DNA from: Elusimicrobiota bacterium
GTDB taxonomy: Bacteria > Elusimicrobiota > Endomicrobiia > CG1-02-37-114 > JAHJSO01
Direction: 5' to 3'
Assembly: GCA_043826435.1 (NCBI GenBank)
Contig: JBDRQF010000051.1
Span: 1 to 26,011 of the forward strand
Length of the DNA: 26,011 bases
Position 1 is the first letter of the stretch. Every line of letters starts with the position of its first letter. Positions 9,342-17,029 of this stretch are shown one piece after another. The position numbers and the translations under genes are program-made. A model generated the notes under the pieces. The model was not told the origin of the DNA. It worked only from the letters and a program-made list of their open reading frames with translations, and searched no databases.

Positions 9342-9962
9342 TCAAGCGTTTCCTGCCTGTGCCTTTTTAAACCCGGATATTTCGTTTTTTAAACGTGATA
9401 TCCTTGCGTGTTCGGCGGTTATTATTGAGCGCGCCTGTTCAACCGCTTCATTTAATTTATCGTTAATAACGAGGTAGTCGTAATCGGTAATGTATGAAAT
9501 TTCCTTCCTGGCATTCTCCAACCGCACCCTTATGGTTTGCTCGTCGTCCTGCCCCCTGTTACGGAGACGGTGTTCAAGCGCCTTTAACGAAGGCGGCAGG
9601 ATAAAAATAAAAACCCCTGACAGGTACTGTTTTCTTATTTTTCTCCCGCCCTGCACGTCTATATCAAGGACGATGTCCCTGCCCGACGACACTGCGTCCC
9701 GCAACTGTTTCTTCGGGGTGCCGTAGTAATGGCCGTGAACGCGTGCCCACTCTGCAAGTTGTCCCCCTGAAACCATTCTCCTGAATTTTTTTTCAGAGAT
9801 AAAAAAATAGTCCCTGCCGTCAACCTCGCCTTTACGGGATTTCCTTGTGGTAACCGAAACGGAAAATACGGCGCCCGGCATTCGGGAGAGCAATTCCCTG
9901 TAGATTGTGGTCTTACCGGCGCCCGACGGCGCCGAAATTACTATTATTAAACCTTTTGTCAT
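9342..9962 (-). CDS. gmk: Guanylate kinase
   Basis: SAPSGAGKTT P-loop, SVTTR..R.GEVDGRDYFF, YYGTP, LDIDVQG and FILPPS. Confidence 0.97.
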   Translation of the reverse strand: MTKGLIIVISAPSGAGKTTIYRELLSRMPGAVFSVSVTTRKSRKGEVDGRDYFFISEKKFRRMVSGGQLAEWARVHGHYYGTPKKQLRDAVSSGRDIVLDIDVQGGRKIRKQYLSGVFIFILPPSLKALEHRLRNRGQDDEQTIRVRLENARKEISYITDYDYLVINDKLNEAVEQARSIITAEHARISRLKNEISGFKKAQAGNA

Positions 9963-10012
9963 TATTCAAATTCTCCTTCCAGAATTTTTTTCTTTGCTAA
10001 TTTATATGACCA

Positions 10013-10097
10013 TCGAGAAATGGTAGATTCTCGTGGGGCTGTAATTTCTAAATTTTTCTTTTAATTTTTGAAACGATGATGGTATTGTTGTCGCCAT
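10013..10097 (-). pseudogene. Frameshifted 5' remnant resembling a SMODS/CD-NTase nucleotidyltransferase N-terminus
   Basis: ATG 2 nt after the MTase stop; removing one A from the run at about 10053-10057 gives MATTIPSSFQKLKENLEITAPRESTIS; family link is from recall, not a search. Confidence 0.45.
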
Positions 10098-10099
10098 AT

Positions 10100-11023
10100 C
10101 TATGGAAATAACTTTGTTTGTTCCTGTAAAAATTGTTTTATCCTTTGCTCTGCTAAATCGCAGTATTTTTTATCAATATCATAAGCAACATATTTTCTAT
10201 TAGTTTTTAGTGCCGCGATACAAGTCGTTCCAGCGCCTACGAATGGATCAAGAACAACATCTCCCTCGAATGTATAAAGTTGAATAGTACGATAAGGTAG
10301 CGCAACTGGAAAGGGGGCAGGATGTCCTATTTTACTTGCTCGTTCTGCTGAAAACCTCCAAACGCTTTTTGTAAATTCTAAAAATTCTTCTTTTGAGATG
10401 GTGCTTTTTCTCTTGAGTGGGTTTAACCGAGTAAAAGTATCTTTACAAAAAACAAGAATGTATTCGTGGACATCTCGTAATACTGGGTTGTTTGCTTTTA
10501 GATAAGTTCCCCAAGCTGTTGAAGAGCTTGCGCTACTTCCTTTATCCCAAAGCAATTCGCCTCTCATCAAAAAACCAATATTATGCATATCTTCGATGAT
10601 ATAACTATGAAGTGGTAAATAAGGCTTTCTGCCTAAATTAGCGATATTTATGCAAGCCCTACCGCCGGGCACTAAAACCCTGTGCGTTTCTTTGAATACT
10701 CGCTTTAATAACTCCCTGTAATCTTTGAGAGATAAATTTTCATCATACACTTTTCCGACATTATAAGGTGGTGAAGTGACCATCAAATGAACACTATTGT
10801 CTGGAAGTTCCGTCATTGCCTCGCTGCTTTTGCAAAAAACTTTGTTAATATACTGCGGATTAATTTGATTTTCAACATATTCAACATCTTTTCCATTATT
10901 TAATCCCTCGTAAAGTTTGCTGTCATAAAATTTCGACGAGTCATGGTTAATTCGACCCGGTGCACCAAAGGCACTGGTTTGTGTTCCGCTCTTTCTTTTA
11001 TTGTAAAAACTTTGACTTTTCAT
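10100..11023 (-). CDS. Beta-class N4-cytosine/N6-adenine DNA methyltransferase
   Basis: TSPPY catalytic motif precedes HPAPFP and the DPFVGAGTT SAM-binding motif. Confidence 0.92.
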   Translation of the reverse strand: MKSQSFYNKRKSGTQTSAFGAPGRINHDSSKFYDSKLYEGLNNGKDVEYVENQINPQYINKVFCKSSEAMTELPDNSVHLMVTSPPYNVGKVYDENLSLKDYRELLKRVFKETHRVLVPGGRACINIANLGRKPYLPLHSYIIEDMHNIGFLMRGELLWDKGSSASSSTAWGTYLKANNPVLRDVHEYILVFCKDTFTRLNPLKRKSTISKEEFLEFTKSVWRFSAERASKIGHPAPFPVALPYRTIQLYTFEGDVVLDPFVGAGTTCIAALKTNRKYVAYDIDKKYCDLAEQRIKQFLQEQTKLFP

Positions 11024-11029
11024 AGTTGT

Positions 11030-11911
11030 TTATTCTTTTGATTGCCGCAGAAGTGCTAAAAATTTTTGTGCTTTTGCCTCGTAAGTGGTTTCTTTATTGG
11101 CTATTCCAATCATTTCTCCTAGTTTTTTACGCGTCTGCATGCTGGAGAAAAACTCTCTTTCTTCTTTCAAAAGATTAAGAACATTTTGTTTTAATTCCTC
11201 ATAATCGTCAAATCTGTAAAATCCTTTGTGAGATGTTGACTTGATGTTTTCCCCGTTATTATCCAGCGGGCTTGGATTTATTGACCAAAAACCCTGTATA
11301 ATTCCGTTTCTTTTTAAGTGATCAACTTTTTCATAATAACTTTTAGTAATGGGAGTATTGCCGATGATAATAATCGGTATTTTTGAGGCGGAGAAACTAT
11401 AGACACGAATGTTAATGCTTTTTCCAATAGATTTTAGCATTGTGTCTGATCTTAAAAGACCAGGATTTCCTTGATGCGTTTTATAATCGCCAATACATAC
11501 TAAATCTTTATTTTTTGCAATAAATTCCCAGTTCCAGACCACCGACATTTTAATTTCAACAATCATCAAAATGTTTTGCGGTTTCTGAATAACATCTTTT
11601 GTTTTGCAAATGGCAACATCAGCCGGCGATTGATTTGTTAGTCCTATTTCTTCGGAAATAACACCATGGACAGAGCAACCACCAACATCCTTTGCTATTT
11701 CGCTGAATAAGTCTGTAGACCATTTTTCTGTATAAGAGCCGATCAATGAATTTCGGCTCTGTAAGGTTGTTTTTACACCGTCATAGTTTTTGGGCCAATA
11801 GGCCAAATATTTTTTATCTTTTGTTACATAAAAAAGTTGTTCCAGAGTAGCAAACTCAAGTGATTTTATAAAAAAGTCTTTCTCTTGCTCCTTTTTCCAA
11901 AGTGTTGACAT
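11030..11911 (-). CDS. Putative type II restriction endonuclease (PD-(D/E)XK)
   Basis: PADVAI...VEIK motif; lies 6 nt upstream of the MTase with the same AT-rich composition. Confidence 0.65.
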   Translation of the reverse strand: MSTLWKKEQEKDFFIKSLEFATLEQLFYVTKDKKYLAYWPKNYDGVKTTLQSRNSLIGSYTEKWSTDLFSEIAKDVGGCSVHGVISEEIGLTNQSPADVAICKTKDVIQKPQNILMIVEIKMSVVWNWEFIAKNKDLVCIGDYKTHQGNPGLLRSDTMLKSIGKSINIRVYSFSASKIPIIIIGNTPITKSYYEKVDHLKRNGIIQGFWSINPSPLDNNGENIKSTSHKGFYRFDDYEELKQNVLNLLKEEREFFSSMQTRKKLGEMIGIANKETTYEAKAQKFLALLRQSKE

Positions 11912-11962
11912 AGTTTTATTTTATTAACTCCTCAATTAAAGCCAAACTCTTCTTTTCCCAAC

Positions 11963-12052
11963 TGGCGGAGAGGAAGGGATTTGAACCCTTGATACCGTTT
12001 CCAGTATATACGCTCTCCAGGCGTACCCCTTAAACCACTCGGGCACCTCTCC
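11963..12052 (-). tRNA. tRNA-Ser(GGA), CCA encoded
   Basis: GGAGAGG/CCTCTCC acceptor stem, anticodon arm TACGC-CTGGAGA-GCGTA, long variable arm, GGTTCAAATCC T-arm. Confidence 0.97.
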
Positions 12053-12112
12053 AGTCCACCTCAATCATTCTCCAATCTATAAAAGGATGCTAAGTTCAAC
12101 CAGTTAATGTTA

Positions 12113-12362
12113 CTCTCAACCCTGGATGCAATATCAAACGCTGTGCCATGCTAATGCGCCGAAAAGTTGCACGCCGTACACAAGCACCCTGTGCAATATT
12201 TAACGCAGGGTCTACGAATGTTTGCCATAATGTTGCACCCCAGTTTACCTCAATTAGTCGTCAAACCGATGAACAGATTGGCGAAGTCAATCCGTCTAAT
12301 TTTCTCTCAACCCTGGATGCAATATCAGTCGCTGTGCTATGCTAATACGCCGAAAAGTTGCA
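12113..12362. repeat. 59-bp direct repeat (12113-12171 and 12304-12362, 55/59 identical) plus a degenerate middle copy (about 12186-12238)
   Basis: CTCTCAACCCTGGATGCAATATCA..CGCTGTGC.ATGCTAAT.CGCCGAAAAGTTGCA; every copy has a TGCAATAT...GTTGCA core of 45-46 bp. Confidence 0.9.
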
Positions 12363-12481
12363 TTCCATTTGCGTAGCAAATGCCCCAGCGTTTTGTTTTG
12401 ACTTTTCTTTCAAGTCAAAACTGCAAGGGGCTATTTCATCTTTCCTTCGCTGAACACTTCGGTTCGTGTTGACCCAGGATG

Positions 12482-14551
12482 TCATTTCAGAATTATTATC
12501 GTCACCCGTTTGTTTCTGATTCTTCCCCGCCTTGTGGTGTTGGGTGCAACCGGGTTGTCGGGGCCAACCCCTTTAACCGACAACTTGCCGGGATTTACCC
12601 CATGCTTGACCAGATAACTATATACCGTCCATGCATTCTCGCTGGACTTGGCAATGTTTTTATCCCTGCTGCCGGCGCTGTCAGTATGTCCTTCAATTAA
12701 GATGTTATTATCGGGGTACTCCGCCAGGTATTCCACTATTTTATTTAATTTGCCGTGGGCCTGCGGTTTTATGGTTGATTTTGTCGCACCTGCGACAAAC
12801 AGGGAGTCATTTTGCAGGGTAATCCTTATCCCCCTTTCCTCTACTTCCGTGTCTATGTCTCTTATTACCTTTTTCACCTTTTCCACTTGTACCACCCTTT
12901 CCTCAACCCTGGGCGGCACATAGACGTTTATCTTTGTTTCAGTACTGACCTTGTTGCCTGCTATATCCCACACGACTATCTGGCACCTGTATTCTCCGTT
13001 TGGGACGATATCCAGATATACGTCGTCTGTCCCTGTCCAGGATACTCCCTCCTCAATGCGGTTGGTTTCAATAACAGACGACCTGTATGTCTTAATTACT
13101 TTATTCTTGACGTTTGAAATGCTTAACTGCCACCTGTCAATCGTGTTACTGTCCGATGCAACTATGTAAAATGTCGTGCTGTCTGCGATGCCGTCGCCGT
13201 CGGGAGATATGGTGTCCGTGGAAACCGAAAAGGATACGTACGGCGTTGTTAAATCAGCCAGGAATTCGTATTTCCCGGACCCTGCCATCTTGCCTTCACC
13301 ACTCGCTGTAAGTTCGGCGAAATACCGCCCCTCCGGGACATAAACACCCTGCTCATCCTTGCCGTCCCAGTTAATAATCTTTGGCAGGACGTCCTCATCG
13401 CTGCCGGTTTTCTTCACGCTATTGCCCTGCGAGCCGGTAATATCCAGCCGCCAGGATGCATTCTTCTCCATCCGGGAAAATTCTGCGGCGATTTCCGGGA
13501 TGAAGAATACGCCGTCCTTTATCCCGTCGCCGTTGGGTGAAAATACCGGCGGGTCAACCTTAAGTGAAATAGGTATTTCCCTCGGTTTTAACTTATAGTC
13601 CCTGAATTTTAAGGCGAGTGAAAACCTGAATACGTCCCCCAGTAGAGCGAATGGCTGCCATGTGAAGTCCAAGTCAACGTCTCTTATTCGCAGTCCTACG
13701 CCCGTCCTGAAATTAGCGATTGAGCCGAGCGCATTGTTTATTTTTTCATTCTCATTATACTTGTATCCGAACCTGAGCGCCAGTGTATTGGCCCCCCAGT
13801 GTTCAAGTCCGGCTGAATATACGGCGGGGCCTGTCCCGGTCTTTGAAACCTGCAGGATAAAGTTTATGTCCGAATAGTGCTCGGGCATGGCCACGCTGAA
13901 TGCTATGCCAGCACTGTGGCGGACAGGCATCTGTTCGCTAATTGCAGACGGGGCAGACGGATACCTGTATTCGCTGCCAATGTTTTGCATACAATAGCCG
14001 AACGAAAAAACCTTGTTGAACGACCGGTAAATAATACCCGCATCACCCGTTAACACATTGGCAGAATAGTCCTTGTCAAGGGTCTCCTGGACGTTCCTTA
14101 ACGTCATACCTATGGCAAAGTTTAGTCCGAGCGCCTTGCCGTAGGACAGCGCAACAGCCGTGTCCGACGGGCTGAATGTGTCTTTCAGCACTCCTTCCTC
14201 AATGCGCTGAAGCGCTGCGCCTCCGAGCTGCTGCCCGCTCAGGGCAAACGTCCCTACTGAAAAAGGATGCATATAACCCAGGAAACCGTAATACATATCT
14301 GCAATATACGGGAAATACGTCACCTGGACTTCGGGGTATTTGCCAAAACCCAACCCCGCAGGGTTATAACTGACGGCGTTTATATCATCGGCAAGCGGCA
14401 CAAAAGAGTCCGCAAGCGCGGAAGGTCTGGCTCCCGGAGCGATCTTTAAAAACTCAAGCCCCGTGTAAATACCGGACGACGCCCCAGCAGGGCATACGAC
14501 TGAAAAGAATGCCACAATTAGCACCATGATGAATGCAATTTGCCGTTTCAT
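12482..14551 (-). CDS. PorV/PorQ-family beta-barrel fused to two FlgD/CHU_C-like Ig domains and a C-terminal OmpA-like domain
   Basis: Signal peptide; FLKIAPGARPSALA and YNPAGL; FSPNGDG and ISPDGDG with WDGKD..G..VPEG.Y; IEGHTD...NKRVTI. Confidence 0.85.
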   Translation of the reverse strand: MKRQIAFIMVLIVAFFSVVCPAGASSGIYTGLEFLKIAPGARPSALADSFVPLADDINAVSYNPAGLGFGKYPEVQVTYFPYIADMYYGFLGYMHPFSVGTFALSGQQLGGAALQRIEEGVLKDTFSPSDTAVALSYGKALGLNFAIGMTLRNVQETLDKDYSANVLTGDAGIIYRSFNKVFSFGYCMQNIGSEYRYPSAPSAISEQMPVRHSAGIAFSVAMPEHYSDINFILQVSKTGTGPAVYSAGLEHWGANTLALRFGYKYNENEKINNALGSIANFRTGVGLRIRDVDLDFTWQPFALLGDVFRFSLALKFRDYKLKPREIPISLKVDPPVFSPNGDGIKDGVFFIPEIAAEFSRMEKNASWRLDITGSQGNSVKKTGSDEDVLPKIINWDGKDEQGVYVPEGRYFAELTASGEGKMAGSGKYEFLADLTTPYVSFSVSTDTISPDGDGIADSTTFYIVASDSNTIDRWQLSISNVKNKVIKTYRSSVIETNRIEEGVSWTGTDDVYLDIVPNGEYRCQIVVWDIAGNKVSTETKINVYVPPRVEERVVQVEKVKKVIRDIDTEVEERGIRITLQNDSLFVAGATKSTIKPQAHGKLNKIVEYLAEYPDNNILIEGHTDSAGSRDKNIAKSSENAWTVYSYLVKHGVNPGKLSVKGVGPDNPVAPNTTRRGRIRNKRVTIIILK

Positions 14552-15354
14552 TTCTTTATCACAACAATCCTTCTTGTAATACCCTTCGTTTCACCGACGT
14601 CCAGGTTCACAAAATACATCCCCGCCGGGACGACGTCACCCCATTCGTCCGTACAATCCCACACGGCAGTATATTCACAATTCTTAATGGCAGAATGTTC
14701 CGCTACCGTCTTTACGTATTCCCCCGACAGGTTGAAAATTTTAACCTTGACGGAAGACCTGTCTTTGTCCTTTATTATGTACCTGAATTTTGTTCTGCCT
14801 TTATCCCCGGACAGCAGTGGGTTTACGGGATTGTTCCAGTCAACCTGAATATCATAACCTGCCCCTGGCAGTGTTATACTGGAAACGACCGTTCTAAACT
14901 CTCCGGTAACACTGGAAACATCAGCACTGGAAACATCCACATTGTAAAGTTTTAACTCCCAGAAGTACGTTTCCCCGGCTGACAGGTCGGTTTTTGAATT
15001 GTCGCCAAAGCCGTATTCTATCGCCGTCCGGTATGTTACAACATTGTTTATGGTGCCGAGGTCTGCAGTATTCGCAGAAGTTGTTGACCCGTTTACCAGG
15101 AACCACACCGACGGGTTTGATGTTGACGAGTCAACGCTAAAATCCACGGCGCTCACCCGGACGGTAAAAGAACTCGTCCTGCCAGAATACTCCCACAGAA
15201 AAACAGGGGTTCTCTGGTGAATTCGGACTTCCGTATTGCTATAAACACCGTCAACGACATAGGTGGAAATTACCGGCGCCTCAGAAAAAACGGCAGTCGC
15301 CGACAAGCACACTATAGCGGCTATAACCGTAAGATTTTTTGTCATAACATTCAT
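14548..15354 (-). CDS. Secreted protein with C-terminal FlgD-Ig / T9SS sorting-domain-like module
   Basis: Signal peptide; NPVNP...VKVKIFNLSGEYV..WDCTDEWGDVVPAGMYF...RIVVIKK; ATGA overlap with the next gene. Confidence 0.75.
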   Translation of the reverse strand: MNVMTKNLTVIAAIVCLSATAVFSEAPVISTYVVDGVYSNTEVRIHQRTPVFLWEYSGRTSSFTVRVSAVDFSVDSSTSNPSVWFLVNGSTTSANTADLGTINNVVTYRTAIEYGFGDNSKTDLSAGETYFWELKLYNVDVSSADVSSVTGEFRTVVSSITLPGAGYDIQVDWNNPVNPLLSGDKGRTKFRYIIKDKDRSSVKVKIFNLSGEYVKTVAEHSAIKNCEYTAVWDCTDEWGDVVPAGMYFVNLDVGETKGITRRIVVIKK

Positions 15355-15809
15355 ACCATGTTGGCGAAAAACACTGGCGGAGCCTTTTGGACAAAACCCG
15401 AACTTTTTTGACGAAAATCCGGACGCTGATTTCTAAAAAACTTTTCCGCCGCCGCAGATTTTATGTAGTTTTCGTGTGTGGGATTTTTGGTAAATTCTGA
15501 CATTGATTTTATCACTTCGTCATTTGCAAACAAAATAGCGTTAAGCATTTCCGTTTTCAATTCTTCTTTTACATCTTCTAAATTTTCAAAATCTGGCCTG
15601 AACTCTTTAACTTTTGACAAGCCTCTTTTCGGGTCAAGAACGGTTAGCATTTGTATCAAAATCGACCCATATCTTTTGCGTTTCAACTCGTGAATGTCGG
15701 CTTGTATATCCTTTTTGTGTTGAAAGCGATTTTGAAAATACGCACCGAAAAAACCGCCACCCAAAGCCGTTAGCAAAATCAAAATTATTTGTATTGAAAA
15801 ATTATCCAT
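15351..15809 (-). CDS. Single-TM hypothetical islet protein, probably truncated and fused to att-arm sequence
   Basis: N-terminal TM, KRKRY and LFANDEVI motifs in AT-rich DNA; last ~34 aa run through the att arm and core into host DNA. Confidence 0.55.
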   Translation of the reverse strand: MDNFSIQIILILLTALGGGFFGAYFQNRFQHKKDIQADIHELKRKRYGSILIQMLTVLDPKRGLSKVKEFRPDFENLEDVKEELKTEMLNAILFANDEVIKSMSEFTKNPTHENYIKSAAAEKFFRNQRPDFRQKSSGFVQKAPPVFFANMV

Positions 15810-15814
15810 GAGTT

Positions 15815-16229
15815 TTATTCAATAACATCTGTATATTGAAAATTTGTAAAATCTAATTTTGTTTTGCCTAACAAGTCTTTACGCATTTTAAGAACAATAT
15901 CGCCAACGGCTTTTCGCCCTTTTTCTGGATCCAGCGCTTTACCTCTTTGATTCAATAACCAATTTCACCATTTCGTTTATTGCCCGCACTACTTCATCGG
16001 AAGAATAAAGCCAAGATTTGTATTGTTCCTCAAAAAATTTTCGTTTCGCCTGATGTCGTTTTCCCGACAAAACCCTGCAAAAGAATGAGTAAATTTGAAT
16101 ATTTTTCTTCCTTAAATCTTAAAATAGCTTCACTTTTTTTGATTTGTTAGTAAAATAATAAGTAAGATAAGAACCTATAACTGCGGTTAAAATTGGTAAT
16201 AATAAAATTGTTATTAAACTATTTTCCAT
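15815..16229 (-). pseudogene. Single-TM hypothetical gene with three frameshifts, paralogue-like to 15351-15809
   Basis: Reconstruction MENSLITILLLPILTAVIGSYLTYYFTNKSKK/EAILRFKEEKYSNLLILLQGFVGKTTSGETK/FFEEQYKSWLYSSDEVVRAINEMVKLVIES/RGKALDPEKGRKAVGDIVLKMRKDLLGKTKLDFTNFQYTDVIE*; breaks near 16137, 16038 and 15945. Confidence 0.8.
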
Positions 16230-17028
16230 ACCTTATTTTTTTATAGAGGTTATCAAAAATCTCAACAATTTCTTTGTCCTCGCTAACATTTTTTAAGTAT
16301 CTGTCTAAATTCTCATATTTTATCGTCAAAAATTCCTTAAAAAGTTTTTCGCCACGATAAATATGCGTTTCCTCCGGCACATAAATATTGCCTTTCATTA
16401 TTTTTCTGTTGAGATAGTAAAGAATCGGTTTTAATTGTTTTGTATCTTTAATAATGCCAAGTTTTTTGACTAAACCGGCATAAGTTTTTATAAATTTTCT
16501 ATTTATATCAACAAATTTTCCCGTATCGTGGTCATCGTTATATTTCAACTCAACATAATAATAAACACCGCTTCTTTTATCCTTAAACAAAACATCAACA
16601 TCGTGTTTGGTGGAGATTAAATTTTTGGCGGATTGCTGGTTTGCGACGATATTTTCCAATAAACGCTCAAATTTTTCGGAGAGTTTGTTATCGTTATTGT
16701 TTTGTCTATCTGAAATAAAACGGTCAATCAACGAATCGGTCTCCTCTGCCAGGGGTAGCAAAACATTTTTCTTGCCAGATATTTCATCAACAATTTCAAG
16801 CTGTTTTTCTTCCTCAATTATCCTCTGCATTAAAACCTCTATGAAATTTCCGAATTGAATGTTCAGAGATTGAAGCAATCCGCCAAAAATTCTGTACCTA
16901 ATCGGTACAAAATGCGTTTTGACTTTGTGCTTACCGATAATTTTTTCAATTTTAGTATCGGCTGTCGTGTTCTTTATCAACTTCAATACCGATTCTTTGA
17001 TGAGTTTTTTGATTTTGTTGTTTTCCAT
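16219..17028 (-). CDS. Type II restriction endonuclease, HinfI-like (GANTC predicted)
   Basis: LLQSLNIQFGNFIE, DVDVLF...YVELKYNDDHDTGK (PD-EXK); coupled to a HinfI/CcrM-like MTase. Confidence 0.7.
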   Translation of the reverse strand: MENNKIKKLIKESVLKLIKNTTADTKIEKIIGKHKVKTHFVPIRYRIFGGLLQSLNIQFGNFIEVLMQRIIEEEKQLEIVDEISGKKNVLLPLAEETDSLIDRFISDRQNNNDNKLSEKFERLLENIVANQQSAKNLISTKHDVDVLFKDKRSGVYYYVELKYNDDHDTGKFVDINRKFIKTYAGLVKKLGIIKDTKQLKPILYYLNRKIMKGNIYVPEETHIYRGEKLFKEFLTIKYENLDRYLKNVSEDKEIVEIFDNLYKKIRYGK

Positions 17029-17029
17029 A

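Larger units (their letters stand above)
9963..11962. mobile_element. AT-rich defence islet 1 at the 3' end of tRNA-Ser(GGA)
   Basis: Abrupt AT-rich composition between gmk and the tRNA CCA; carries an R-M pair and a gene remnant; no flanking att repeat found. Confidence 0.6.

Noticed and set aside
9963..10100. Looked for a second att core closing islet 1
   Set aside because: No TGGCGGAG-like repeat is present, so the left boundary rests on composition only
11936..11970. + frame LKPNSSFPNWR entering the tRNA-Ser(GGA) end, like the recombinase-like tail at the other tRNA
   Set aside because: Too short to distinguish from chance, and there is no partner att arm
12133..12148. TGGCACAGCGTTTGAT (minus strand) resembles a sigma54 promoter
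   Set aside because: The -12 element is TTGA rather than TTGC, and the motif is lost in the other repeat copies
12113..12362. Repeats considered as a CRISPR array or integron attC sites
   Set aside because: Repeats are too long and irregularly spaced, there are no cas genes, and no RYYYAAC/GTTRRRY boundaries or cassette ORFs
12148..12376. Short + strand ORFs of 65 and 69 aa
   Set aside because: They overlap the repeats and have no recognisable motif or SD
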